From Eledone cirrhosa (taxonomy: Eukaryota), in the NCBI GenBank assembly GCA_964016885.1, contig OZ024755.1, positions 44,268,001 to 44,332,000 on the forward strand: a DNA stretch of 64,000 nt, read 5' to 3'. The translations under genes and the position numbers were made by a program. Of this stretch, positions 32,540-48,900 are shown in pieces (the stretch's first letter is position 1; every line of letters begins with the position of its first letter). Below the pieces are notes generated by a model. That model did not search any database. It saw only the letters and a program-made list of their open reading frames with translations, and was not told the DNA's origin.

Positions 32540-35500
32540 CCATATATTGTGTACCACCGTTGACAATACCAACGTATACTGTGTACCACAGTTGACAGTA
32601 CCAACGTATACTGTTTACCAAAGTTGACAATACCAACATATACTGTGTACCAGAGTTGACAGTACCCACATATACTGTGTACCACAGTTGACAGTTCCAA
32701 CATATAAGGTGTACCACTGTTGATACTACCGACATATACTGTGTAGCACAGTTGACAGTACTAACATATACTGTGTACCACAGTTGAGAGTACCACCATA
32801 TACTGGGTACCACTGTTGACAGTACCAACATATACTGTGTACCACAGTTGACAGTACCAACATATACTGTGTACCATAGTTGACAGTACCAACATATCCT
32901 GTGTACCTCAGTTGTCAGTACCAACATATACTGTATACCACAGTTGACAGTACCAACATATACTGTGTACCTCTGTTGACAGTACCAACATATACCGTGT
33001 ACCACAGTTGACAGTACCAACATATACTGTGTACCACAGCTGACACTACCAACATATACTTGTACCTCAATTGACAGTACTACCATATATTGTGTACCAC
33101 CGTTGACAATACCAACGTATACTATGTACCACAGTTGACAGTACCAACGTATACTGTGCACCACAGTTGACAGTACCAACATATACTGTGTACCACAGTT
33201 GACAATACCAACATATACTGTGTACCACAGTTGACAATACCAACACATATAGTGTACCACAGTTGACAGTACCAACGTATACTGTGTACCACAGTTGCCA
33301 ATGCCAACATATACTGTGTACCACAGTTGAGAGTACCAACATGTACCGTGTACCACAGTTGACACTACCAACGTATACTGTGTACCACAGTTGACAATAC
33401 CAACATATACTGTGTACCACAGTTGACAGTACCAACATATACTGTATACCACAGTTGACAGTACCAACATATACTGTGTACCACAGTTGACAGTACCAAC
33501 ATATACTGTGTACCACAGTTGACAGTACCAACATATACTGTATACCACAGTTGACAGTTCCAACATATACTGTGTACCACTGTTGACAGTACCAACATAT
33601 ACCGTGTACCACAGTTGACAGTACCAACATATACTGTGTACCACAGCTGACACTACCAACATATACTTGTACCTCAGTTGACAGTATTACCATATATTGT
33701 GTACCACCGTTGACAATACCAACGTATACTGTGTACCACAGTTGACAGTACCAACGTATACTGTGCACCACAGTTGACAGTACCAAAATATACTGTGTAC
33801 CACAGTTGACAATACCAACATATACTGTGTACCACAGTTGACAATACCAACACATATAGTGTACCACAGTTGACAGTACCAACGTATACTGTGTACCACA
33901 GTTGCCAATGCCAACATATACTGTGTACCACAGTTGAGAGTACCAACATATACTGTGTACCACAGTTGACAGTACCAACATATACTGTGTACCACAGTTG
34001 ACAGTACCAACATATACTGTGTACCACAGTTGACAGTACCAATGTATACTGTGTACCACAGTTGACAGTACCAACATATACTGTGTACCACAGTTGACAG
34101 TACCAACATATACTGTGTACCATAGTTGACATTACCAACGTATATTGTGTTCCACAGTTGACAGTACCAACATGTACTGTGTACCACAGTTGACAGTACC
34201 AACGTATACTGTGTACCACAGTTGACAGTACCAACGTATACTGTGTACCACAGTTGACAGTACCAACATATAACGTGTACCACAGTTGGCAGTACCATCA
34301 TATACTGTGTACCACAATTGACAGTACCAACATATATTGTGTACCACAGTTGACAGTACCAACATATACTGTGTACCATAGTTGACATTACCAACGTATA
34401 TTGTGTACCACAGTTGACAGTACCAACATATCCTGTGTACCTCAGTTGACAGTACCAACATATACTGTATACCACAGTTGACAGTACCAACATATAATGT
34501 GTACCACTGTTGACAGTACCAATATATACCGTGTACCACAGTTGACAGTACCAACATATACTGTGTACCACAGCTGACACTACCAACATATACTTGTACC
34601 TCAGTTGACAGTACTACCATATATTGTGTACCACCGTTGACAATACCAACGTATACTGTGTACCACAGTTGACAGTACCAACGTATACTGTTTACCAAAG
34701 TTGACAATACCAACATATACTGTGTACCAGAGTTGACAGTACCCACATATACTGTGTACCACAGTTGACAGTTCCAACATATAAGGTGTACCACTGTTGA
34801 TACTACCGACATATACTGTGTAGCACAGTTGACAGTACTAACATATACTGTGTACCACAGTTGAGAGTACCACCATATACTGGGTACCACTGTTGACAGT
34901 ACCAACATATACTGTGTACCACAGTTGACAGTACCAACATATACTGTGTACCATAGTTGACAGTACCAACATATCCTGTGTACCTCAGTTGTCAGTACCA
35001 ACATATACTGTATACCACAGTTGACAGTACCAACATATACTGTGTACCTCTGTTGACAGTACCAACATATACCGTGTACCACAGTTGACAGTACCAACAT
35101 ATACTGTGTACCACAGCTGACACTACCAACATATACTTGTACCTCAATTGACAGTACTACCATATATTGTGTACCACCGTTGACAATACCAACGTATACT
35201 ATGTACCACAGTTGACAGTACCAACGTATACTGTGCACCACAGTTGACAGTACCAACATATACTGTGTACCACAGTTGACAATACCAACATATACTGTGT
35301 ACCACAGTTGACAATACCAACACATATAGTGTACCACAGTTGACAGTACCAACGTATACTGTGTACCACAGTTGCCAATGCCAACATATACTGTGTACCA
35401 CAGTTGAGAGTACCAACATGTACCGTGTACCACAGTTGACACTACCAACGTATACTGTGTACCACAGTTGACAATACCAACATATACTGTGTACCACAGT

Positions 35501-36768
35501 TGACAGTACCAACATATACTGTATACCACAGTTGACAGTACCAACATATACTGTGTACCACAGTTGACAGTACCAACATATACTGTGTACCACAGTTGAC
35601 AGTACCAACATATACTGTATACCACAGTTGACAGTTCCAACATATACTGTGTACCACTGTTGACAGTACCAACATATACCGTGTACCACAGTTGACAGTA
35701 CCAACATATACTGTGTACCACAGCTGACACTACCAACATATACTTGTACCTCAGTTGACAGTATTACCATATATTGTGTACCACCGTTGACAATACCAAC
35801 GTATACTGTGTACCACAGTTGACAGTACCAACGTATACTGTGCACCACAGTTGACAGTACCAAAATATACTGTGTACCACAGTTGACAATACCAACATAT
35901 ACTGTGTACCACAGTTGACAATACCAACACATATAGTGTACCACAGTTGACAGTACCAACGTATACTGTGTACCACAGTTGCCAATGCCAACATATACTG
36001 TGTACCACAGTTGAGAGTACCAACATATACTGTGTACCACAGTTGACAGTACCAACATATACTGTGTACCACAGTTGACAGTACCAACATATACTGTGTA
36101 CCACAGTTGACAGTACCAATGTATACTGTGTACCACAGTTGACAGTACCAACATATACTGTGTACCACAGTTGACAGTACCAACATATACTGTGTACCAT
36201 AGTTGACATTACCAACGTATATTGTGTTCCACAGTTGACAGTACCAACATGTACTGTGTACCACAGTTGACAGTACCAACGTATACTGTGTACCACAGTT
36301 GACAGTACCAACGTATACTGTGTACCACAGTTGACAGTACCAACATATAACGTGTACCACAGTTGGCAGTACCATCATATACTGTGTACCACAATTGACA
36401 GTACCAACATATATTGTGTACCACAGTTGACAGTACCAACATATACTGTGTACCATAGTTGACATTACCAACGTATATTGTGTACCACAGTTGACAGTAC
36501 CAACATATCCTGTGTACCTCAGTTGACAGTACCAACATATACTGTATACCACAGTTGACAGTACCAACATATAATGTGTACCACTGTTGACAGTACCAAT
36601 ATATACCGTGTACCACAGTTGACAGTACCAACATATACTGTGTACCACAGCTGACACTACCAACATATACTTGTACCTCAGTTGACAGTACTACCATATA
36701 TTGTGTACCACCGTTGACAATACCAACGTATACTGTGTACCACAGTTGACAGTACCAACGTATACTGT
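32540..36768 (+). repeat. Near-perfect tandem duplication of a 2,077-bp unit (65 monomers minus 3)
   Basis: ORF pairs 33067/35144, 33122/35199, 33365/35442, 33674/35751 and 33687/35764 have identical translations. Rare variants TTTACCAAAG, ACGTATACTATG and CCACAATTGAC recur at +2077. Confidence 0.92.
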
Positions 36769-39700
36769 GCACCACAGTTGACAGTACCGACATATACTGT
36801 GTACCACAGTTGACAATACCAACATATACTTTGTACCACGGTTGACAGTACCAACGTATATTGTGTACCACTGTTGACAATATCAATATATACTGTGTAC
36901 CACAGTTGACATTACCAACATATACAGTGTACCACAGTTGACAGTAGCAACATATACTGTGTACCACAGTTGACAGTACCAACATATACTGTGTACCACA
37001 GTTGACAGTACCAACATATACTGTGTACCATAGTTGATAGTACCAACGTATATTGTGTACCACAGTTGAGAGTACCAACATACACCGTGTACGACAGTTG
37101 ACAGTAAAAACATATACTGTGTACCACAGTTGAGAGTACCAACATAAACTGTGTACCACAGTTGACAGTACCAACATATACTGTGTACCACAGTTGACAG
37201 TACCAACATATACTGTGTAACACAGTTGACAGAACCAACATGTACCGTGAACCACAGTTGACAGTACCAACGTATACTGTGAACCACTGTTGGCAATACC
37301 AACATATACTGTGTACTACAGTTGACAGAACCAACATATACAGTGTACCACAGTTGACAGTACCAACATATACTGTGTACCACAGTTGACAGTACCAACA
37401 TATACTGTGTAACACAGTTGACAGAACCAACATGTACCGTGAACCACAGTTGACAGTACCAACGTATACTGTTTACCACAGTTGAGAGTACCAACGTATA
37501 GTGTGTACCACAGTTGACAGTACCAACATATACTGTGTACCACAGTTGACAGTACCAACATATACTGTGTACCACAGTTCACAGTACCAACGTATACTGT
37601 GTACCACATTTGACAGTACCAACATATACTGTGTACCACAGTTGACAGTACCAACATATACTGTGTACCACTTTTGACAGTACCAACATAAACCGTGTAT
37701 CACATTTGACAGTACCAACATATACTGTGTACCACTGTTGACAGTACCAACATATACTGTGTACCACAGTTGATAGTACCAACATGTACCGTGTACCACA
37801 GTTGACAGTACCAACGTATACTGTGTACCACAGTTGACAATACCAACATATACTGTGTACCACAGTTGACAGTACCAACATATACTGTGTACCACAGTTG
37901 AAAGTACCAACGTATACTGTGTACCACAGTTGACAACACCAACATATACTGTGTACCACAGTTGACAGTACCAACATATACTGTATACCACAGTTGACAG
38001 TACCAACATATACTGTGTACCACAGTAGACAGTACCAACATATACTGTGTACCACAGTTGACAGTACCAACATATACTGTATACCAGAGTTGACAGTACC
38101 AACATATACTGTGTACCACTGTTGACAGTACCAACATATACAGTGTACCACAGTTGACATTACCAACATATACTGTGTACCATAGCTGACAATACCAACA
38201 TATACTTGTACCTCAGTTGACAGTACTACCATATATTGTGTACCACCGTTGACAATACCAACGTATACTGTGTACCACAGTTGACAGTACCAACGTATAC
38301 TGTGCACCACAGTTGACAGTACCAACATATACTGTGTACCACAGTTGACAATACCAACATATACTGTGTACCACAGTTGACAATACCAACACATATAGTG
38401 TACCACAGTTGACAATACCAACACATATAGTGTACCACAGTTGACAGTACCAACGTATACTGTGTACCACAGTTGCCAATGCCAACATATACTGTGTACC
38501 ACAGTTGAGAGTACCAACATGTACCGTGTACCACAGTTGACAGTACCGACGTATACTGTGTACCACAGTTGACAGTACCAACGTATACTGATTACCACAG
38601 TTGACAATACCAACATATACTGTGTACCAGAGTTGACAGTACCCACATATACTGTGTACCACAGTTGACAGTTCCAACATATAAGGTGTACCACTGTTGA
38701 TACTACCGACATATACTGTGTAGCACAGTTGACAGTACTAACATATACTGCGTACCACATTTGAGAGTACCACCATATACTGGGTACCACTGTTGACAGT
38801 ACCAACATATACTGTGTACCACAGTTGACAGTACCAACATATACTGTGTACCATAGTTGACAGTACCAACATATCCTGTGTACCTCAGTTGACAGTACCA
38901 ACATATACTGTGTACCACAGTTGACAATACCAACATATACTGTGTACCACAGTTGAAAATACCAACACATATAGTGTACCACAGTTGACAATACCAACAC
39001 ATATAGTGTACCACAGTTGACAGTACCAACGTATACTGTGTACCACAGTTGCCAATGCCAACATATACTGTGTACCACAGTTGAGAGTACCAACATGTAC
39101 CGTGTACCACAGTTGACAGTACCGACGTATACTGTGTACCACAGTTGACAGTACCAACGTATACTGATTACCACAGTTGACAATACCAACATATACTGTG
39201 TACCAGAGTTGACAGTACCCACATATACTGTGTACCACAGTTGACAGTTCCAACATATAAGGTGTACCACTGTTGATACTACCGACATATACTGTGTAGC
39301 ACAGTTGACAGTACTAACATATACTGTGTACCACATTTGAGAGTACCACCATATACTGGGTACCACTGTTGACAGTACCAACATATACTGTGTACCACAG
39401 TTGACAGTACCAACATATACTGTGTACCATATTTGACAGTACCAACATATCCTGTGTACCTCAGTTGTCAGTACCAACATATACTGTATACCACAGTTGA
39501 CAGTACCAACATATACTGTGTACCACTGTTGACAGTACCAACATATACCGTGTACCACAGTTGACAGTACCAACATATACTGTGTACCACAGCTGACACT
39601 ACCAACATATACTTGTACCTCAATTGACAGTACTACCATATATTGTGTACCACCGTTGACAATACCAACGTATACTGTGTACCACAGTTGACAGTACCAA

Positions 39701-40429
39701 CGTATACTGTGCACCACAGTTGACAGTACCAACATATACTGTGTACCACAGTTGACAATACCAACATATACTGTGTACCACAGTTGACAATACCAACACA
39801 TATAGTGTACCACAGTTGACAGTACCAACGTATACTGTGTACCACAGATGCCAATGCCAACATATACTGTGTACCACAGTTGAGAGTACCAACATGTACC
39901 GTGTACCACAGTTGACACTACCAACGTATACTGTGTACCACAGTTGACAATACCAACATATACTGTGTACCACAGTTGACAGTACCGACGTATACTGTGT
40001 ACCACAGTTGACAGTACCAACGTATACTGATTACCACAGTTGACAATACCAACATATACTGTGTACCAGAGTTGACAGTACCCACATATACTGTGTACCA
40101 CAGTTGACAGTTCCAACATATAAGGTGTACCACTGTTGATACTACCGACATATACTGTGTAGCACAGTTGACAGTACTAACATATACGGTGTACCACATT
40201 TGAGAGTACCACCATATACTGGGTACCACTGTTGACAGTACCAACATATACTGTGTACCACAGTTGACAGTACCAACATATACTGTGTACCATAGTTGAC
40301 AGTACCAACATATCCTGTGTACCTCAGTTGTCAGTACCAACATATACTGTATACCACAGTTGACAGTACCAACATATACTGTGTACCACTGTTGACAGTA
40401 CCAACATATACCGTGTACCACAGCTGACA

Positions 40430-42960
40430 CTACCAACATATACTGTGTACCATAGTTGACATTACCAACGTATATTGTGTACCACAGTTGACATTACCAA
40501 CATATCCTCTGTACGTCAGTTGACAGTACCAACATATACTGTATACCACAGTTGACAGTACCAACATATACTGTGTACCACTGTTGACAGTACCAATATA
40601 TACCGTGTACCACAGTTGACAGTACCAACATATACTGTGTACCACAGCTGACACTACCAACATATACTTGTACCTCAGTTGACAGTACTACCATATATTG
40701 TGTACCACCGTTGACAATACCAACGTATACTGTGTACCACAGTTGACAGTACCAACGTATATTGTGCACCACAGTTGACAGTACCAACATATACTGTGTA
40801 CCACAGTTGACAATACCAACATATACTGTGTACCACAGTTGACAATACCAACACATATAGTGTACCACAGTTGACTGTACCAACGTATATTGTGTACCAC
40901 AGTTGCCAATGCCACCATATACTGTGTACCACAGTTGAGAGTACCAACATGTACTGTGTACCACAGTTGACAGTACCAACGTATACTGTGTACCACAGTT
41001 GACAATACCAACATATACTGTGTACCACAGTTGACAGTACCAACATATACTGTGTACCCTAGTTGAAAGTACCAACGTATACTGTGTACCACAGTTGACA
41101 ACACCAACATATACTGTGTATCACAGTTGACAGTACCAACATATACTGTATACCACAGTTGACAGTACCAACATATACTGTGTACCACAGTTGACAGTAC
41201 CAACATATACTGTGTACCACAGTTGACAGTACCAACATATACTGTATACCACAGCTGACACTACCAACATATACTTGTACCTCAGTTGACAGTACTACCA
41301 TATATTGTGTACCACCGTTGACAATACCAACGTATACTGTGTACCACAGTTGACAGTACCAACGTATACTGTGCACCACAGTTGACAGTACCAACATATA
41401 CTGTGTACCACAGTTGGCAGTACCAACATATAATGTGTACCTCAGTTGACAGTACCAACATATACTGTGTACCACAGTTGACAGTACCAACGTATACTGT
41501 GTACCACAGTTGACAGTACCAACGTATACTGTGTACCACAGTTGACAGTACCAATATATACTGTGTAACACAGTTGACAATACCAACATATAATGTGTAC
41601 CACAGTTGACAGTACCAACGTATACTGTGAACCACTGTTGGCAATACCAACATGTACTGTGTACTACAGTTGACAGAACCAACATATACAGTGTACCACA
41701 GTTGACAGTACCAACATATACTGTGTACCACAGTTGACAGTACCAACATATACTGTGTACCACAGTTGACAGAACCAACATGTACCGTGAACCACAGTTG
41801 ACAGTACCAACGTATACTGTGTACCACAGTTGAGAGTACCAACGTATAGTGTGTACCACAGTTGACAGTACCAACATATACTGTGTACCACAGTTGACAG
41901 TACCAACATATACTGTGTACCACAGTTCACAGTACCAACGTATACTGTGTACCACATTTGACAGTACCAACATATACTGTGTACCACAGTTGACAGTACC
42001 AACATATACTGTGTACCACTTTTGACAGTACCAACATATACCGTGTATCACATTTGACAGTACCAACATATACTGTGTACCACTGTTGACAGTACCAACA
42101 TATACTGTGTACCACAGTTGACAGTACCAACATGTACCGTGTACCACAGTTGACAGTACCAACGTATACTGTGTACCACAGTTGACAATACCAACATATA
42201 CTGTGTACCACAGTTGACAGTAACAACATATACTGTGTACCACAGTTGAAAGTACCAACGTATACTGTGTACCACAGTTGACAACACCAACATATACTGT
42301 GTACCACAGTTGACAGTACCAACATATACTGTATACCACAGTTGACAGTACCAACATATACTGTGTACCACAGTTGACAGTACCAACATATACTGTGTAC
42401 CACAGTTGACAGTACCAACATATACTGTATACCAGAGTTGACAGTACCAACATATACTGTGTACCACTGTTTACAGTACCAACATATACAGTGTACCACA
42501 GTTGACATTACCAACATATACTGTGTACCACAGCTGACAATACCAACATATACTTGTACCTCAGTTGAGAGTACTACCATATATTGTGTACCACCGTTGA
42601 CAATACCAACGTATACTGTGTACCACAGTTGACAGTACCAACGTATACTGTGCACCACAGTTGACAGTACCAACATATACTGTGTACCACAGTTGACAAT
42701 ACCAACATATACTGTGTACCACAGTTGACAATACCAACACATATAGTGTACCACAGTTGACAATACGAACACATATAGTGTACCACAGTTGACAGTACCA
42801 ACGTATACTGTGTAACACAGTTGCCAATGCCAACATATACTGTGTACCACAGTTGAGAGTACCAACGTATACTGTGTACCACAGTTGACAGTACCAACGT
42901 ATACTGTTTACCACAGTTGACAATACCAACATATACTGTGTACCACAGTTGACAGTACCC
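40430..42960 (+). repeat. About 2.5-kb block copied at about 45940-48400 (offset 5.5-5.6 kb, varying by whole monomers)
   Basis: Offsets are 5498 (40675/46173), 5594 (41282/46876 and 41664/47258) and 5530 (42561/48091). The shared landmark variant CCTCAGTTGAGAGTACTACC is at about 42559 and 48089. Confidence 0.78.
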
Positions 42961-45900
42961 ACATATACTGTGTACCACAGTTGACAGTTCCAACATATAA
43001 GGTGTACCACTGTTGATACTACCGACATATACTGTGTAGCACAGTTGACAGTACTAACATATACTGTGTACCACAGTTGAGAGTACCACCATATACTGGG
43101 TACCACTGTTGACAGTACCAACATATACTGTGTACCACAGTTGACAGTACCAACATATACTGTGTACCATAGTTGACAGTACCAACATATCCTGTGTACC
43201 TCAGTTGTCAGTACCAACATATACTGTATACCACAGTTGACAGTACCAACATATACTGTGTACCACTGTTGACAGTACCAACATATACCGTGTACCACAG
43301 TTGACAGTACCAACATATACTGTGTACCACAGCTGACACTACCAACATATACTTGTACCTCAATTGACAGTACTACCATATATTGTGTACCACCGTTGAC
43401 AATACCAACGTAAACTGTGTACCACAGTTGACAGTACCAACGTATACTGTGCACCACAGTTGACAGTACCAACATATACTGTGTACCACAGTTGACAATA
43501 CCAACATATACTGTGTACCACAGTTGACAATACCAACACATATAGTGTACCACAGTTGACAGTACCAACGTATACTGTGTACCACAGTTGACAATACCAA
43601 CATATACTGTGTACCACAGTTGACAGTACCAACATATACTGTGTACCACAGTTGAAAGTACCAACGTATACTGTGTACCACAGTTGACAACACCAACATA
43701 TACTGTGTACCACAGTTGACAGTACCAACATATACTGTATACCACAGTTGACAGTACAAACATATACTGTGTACCACAGTTGACAGTACCAACATATACT
43801 GTGTACCACAGTTGACAGTACCAACATATACTGTATACCACAGTTGACAGTACCAACATATACTGTGTACCACTGTTGACAATACCAACATATACCGTGT
43901 ACCACAGTTGACAGTACCAACATATACTGTGTACCACAGCTGACACTACCAACATATACTTGTACCTCAGTTGACAGTATTACCATATATTGTGTACCAC
44001 CGTTGACAATACCAACGTATATTGTGTACCACAGTTGACAGTACCAACGTATACTGTGTACCACAGTTGACAATACCAACATATACTGTGTACCACAGTT
44101 GACAATACCAACACATATAGTGTACCACAGTTGACAGTACCAACGTATACTGTGTACCACAGTTGCCAATGCCAACATATACTGTGTACCACAGTTGAGA
44201 GTACCAACATATACGGTGTACCACAGTTGACAGTACCAACATATACTGTGTACCACAGTTGACAGTACCAACATATACTGTGTACCACAGTTGACAGTAC
44301 CAATGTATACTGTGTACCACAGTTGACAGTACCAACATATACTGTGTACCACAGTTGACAGTACCAACATATACTGTGTACCATAGTTGACATTACCAAC
44401 GTATATTGTGTTCCACAGTTGACAGTACCAACATGTACTGTGTACCACAGTTGACAGTACCAACGTATACTGTGTACCACAGTTGACAGTACCAACGTAT
44501 ACTGTGTACCACAGTTGACAGTACCAACATATAATGTGTACCACAGTTGACAGTACCATCATATACTGTGTACCACAGTTGACCGTACCAACATATATTG
44601 TGTACCACAGTTGACAGTACCAGCATATACTGTGTACCATAGTTGACATTACCAACGTATATTGTGTACCACAGTTGACAGTACCAACATATCCTGTGTA
44701 CCTCAGTTGACAGTACCATCATATACAGTATACCACAGTTGACAGTACCAACATATACTGTGTACCACTGTTGACAGTACCAATATATACCGTGTACCAC
44801 AGTTGACAGTACCAACATATACTGTGTACCACAGCTGACACTACCAACATATACTTGTACCTCAGTTGACAGTACTACCATATATTGTGTACCACCGTTG
44901 ACAATACCAACGTATACTGTGTACCACAGTTGACTGTACCAACGTATACTGTGCACCACAGTTGACAGTACCAACATATACTGTGTACCACAGTTGACAA
45001 TACCAACATATACTGTGTACCACAGTTGACAATACCAACACATATAGTGTACCACAGTTGACAGTACCAACGTATATTGTGTACCACAGTTGCCAATGCC
45101 AACATATACTGTGTACCACAGTTGAGAGTACCAACATGTACCGTGTACCACAGTTGAGAGTACCAACGTATACTGTGTACCACAGTTGACAATACCAACA
45201 TATACTGTGTACCACAGTTGACAGTACCAACATATACTGTGTACCACAGTTGAAAGTACCAACGTATACTGTGTACCACAGTTGACAACACCAACATATA
45301 CTGTGTATCACAGTTGACAGTACCAACATATACTGTATACCACAGTTGACAGTACCAACATATACTGTGTACCACAGTTGACAGTACCAACATATACTGT
45401 GTACCACAGTTGACAGTACCAACATATACTGTATACCACAGTTGACAGTACCAACATATACTGTGTACCACTGTTGACAGTACCAACATATACTGTGTAC
45501 CCTAGTTGACATTCCCAACGTATATTGTGTACCACAGTTGACAGTACCAACATGTACTGTGTACCACAGTTGACAGTACCAACGTATACTGTGTACCACA
45601 GTTGACAGTACCAACGTATACTGTGTACCACAGTTGACAGTACCAACGTATACTGTGCACCACAGTTGACAGTACCAACATATACTGTGTACCACAGTTG
45701 ACAATACCAACATATACTGTGTACCACAGTTGACAATACCAACACATATAGTGTACCACAGTTGACAGTACCAACGTATACTGTGTACCACAGTTGCCAA
45801 TGCCATCATATACTGTGTACCACAGTTGAGAGTAACAACATATACTGTGTACCACAGTTGACAGTACCAACATATACTGTGTACCACAGTTGACAGTACC

Positions 45901-48900
45901 AATGTATACTGTGTACCACAGTTGAAAGTACCAACATATACTGTGTACCATAGTTGACATTACCAACGTATATTGTGTACCACAGTTGACATTACCAACA
46001 TATCCTGTGTACCTCAGTTGACAGTACCAACATATACTGTATACCACAGTTGACAGTACCAACATATACTGTGTACCACTGTTGACAGTACCAATATATA
46101 CCGTGTAACACAGTTGACAGTACCAACATATACTGTGTACCACAGCTGACACTACCAACATATACTTGTACCTCAGTTGACAGTACTACCATATATTGTG
46201 TACCACCGTTGACAATACCAACGTATACTGTGTACCACAGTTGACAGTACCAACGTATATTGTGCACCACAGTTGACAGTACCAACATATACTGTGTACC
46301 ACAGTTGACAATACCAACATATACTGTGTACCACAGTTGACAATACCAACACATATAGTGTACCATAGTTGACTGTACCAACGTATATTGTGTACCACAG
46401 TTGCCAATGCCAACATATACTGTGTACCACAGTTGAGAGTACCAACATGTACCGTGTACCACAGTTGACAGTGCCAACGTATACTGTGTACCACAGTTGA
46501 TAATACCAACATATACTGTGTACCACAGTTGACAGTACCAACATATACTGTGTACCCTAGTTGAAAGTACCAACGTATACTGTGTACCACAGTTGACAAC
46601 ACCAACATATACTGTGTATCACAGTTGACAGTACCAACATATACTGTATACCACAGTTGACAGTACCAACATATACTGTGTACCACAGTTGACAGTACCA
46701 ACATATACTGTGTACCACAGTTGACAGTACCAACATATACTGTATACCACAGTTGACAGTACCAACATATACTGTGTACCACTGTTGACAGTACCAACAT
46801 ATACCGTGTACCACAGTTGACAGTACCAACATATACTGTGTACCACAGCTGACACTACCAACATATACTTGTACCTCAGTTGACAGTACTACCATATATT
46901 GTGTACCACCGTTGACAATACCAACGTATACTGTGTACCACAGTTGACAGTACCAACGTATACTGTGCACCACAGTTGACAGTACCAACATATACTGTGT
47001 ACCACAGTTGGCAGTACCAACATATAATGTGTACCTCAGTTGACAGTACCAACATATACTGTGTACCACAGTTGACAGTACCAACGTATACTGTGTACCA
47101 CAGTTGACAGTACCAACGTATACTGTGTACCACAGTTGACAGTACCAATATATACTGTGTAACACAGTTGACAATACCAACATATAATGTGTACCACAGT
47201 TGACAGTACCAACGTATACTGTGAATCACTGTTGGCAATACCAACATATACTGTGTACTACAGTTGACAGAACCAACATATACAGTGTACCACAGTTGAC
47301 AGTACCAACATATACTGTGTACCACAGTTGACAGTACCAACATATACTGTGTACCACAGTTGACAGAACCAACATGTACCGTGAACCACAGTTGACAGTA
47401 CCAACGTATACTGTGTACCACAGTTGAGAGTACCAACGTATAGTGTGTACCACAGTTGACAGTACCAACATATACTGTGTACCACAGTTGACAGTACCAA
47501 CATATACTGTGTACCACAGTTCACAGTACCAACGTATACTGTGTACCACATTTGACAGTACCAACATATACTGTGTACCACAGTTGACAGTACCAACATA
47601 TACTGTGTACCACTTTTGACAGTACCAACATTTACCGTGTATCACATTTGACAGTACCAACATGTACCGTGTACCACAGTTGACAGTACCAACGTATACT
47701 GTGTACCACAGTTGACAATACCAACATATACTGTGTACCACAGTTGACAGTACCAACATATACTGTGTACCACAGTTGAAAGTACCAACGTATACTGTGT
47801 ACCACAGTTGACAACACCAACATATACTGTGTACCACAGTTGACAGTACCAACATATACTGTATACCACAGTTGACAGTACCAACATATACTGTGTACCA
47901 CAGTTGACAGTACCAACATATACTGTGTACCACAATTGACAGTACCAACATATACTGTATACCAGAGTTGACAGTACCAACATATACTGTGTACCACTGT
48001 TGACAGTACCAACATATACGGTGTACCACAGTTGACATTACCAACATATAATGTGTACCACAGCTGACAATACCAACATATACTTGTACCTCAGTTGAGA
48101 GTACTACCATATATTGTGTACCACCGTTGACAATACCAACGTATACTGTGTACCACAGTTGACAGTACCAACGTATACTGTGCACCACAGTTGACAGTAC
48201 CAACATATACTGTGTACCACAGTTGACAATACCAACATATACTGTGTACCACAGTTGACAATACCAACACATATAGTGTACCACAGTTGACAATACCAAC
48301 ACATATAGTGTACCACAGTTGACAGTACCAACGTATACTGTTTACCACAGTTGACAATACCAACATATACTGTGTACCAGAGTTGACAGTACCCACATAT
48401 ACTGTGTACCACAGTTGACAGTTCCAACATATAAGGTGTACCACTGTTGATACTACCGACATATACTGTGTAACACAGTTGACAGTACTAACATATACTG
48501 TGTACCACAGTTGAGAGTACCACCATATACTGGGTACCACTGTTGACAGTACCAACATATACTGTGTACCACAGTTGACAGTACCAACATATACTGTGTA
48601 CCATAGTTGACAGTACCAACATATCCTGTGTACCTCAGTTGTCAGTACCAACATATAGTGTATACCACAGTTGACAGTACCAACATATACTGTGTACCAC
48701 TGTTGAGAGTACCAACATATACCGTGTACCACAGTTGACAGTACCAACATATACTGTGTACCACAGCTGACACTACCAACATATACTTGTACCTCAATTG
48801 ACAGTACTACCATATATTGTGTACCACCGTTGACAATACCAACGTATACTGTGTACCACAGTTGACAGTACCAACGTATACTGTGCACCACAGTTGACAG

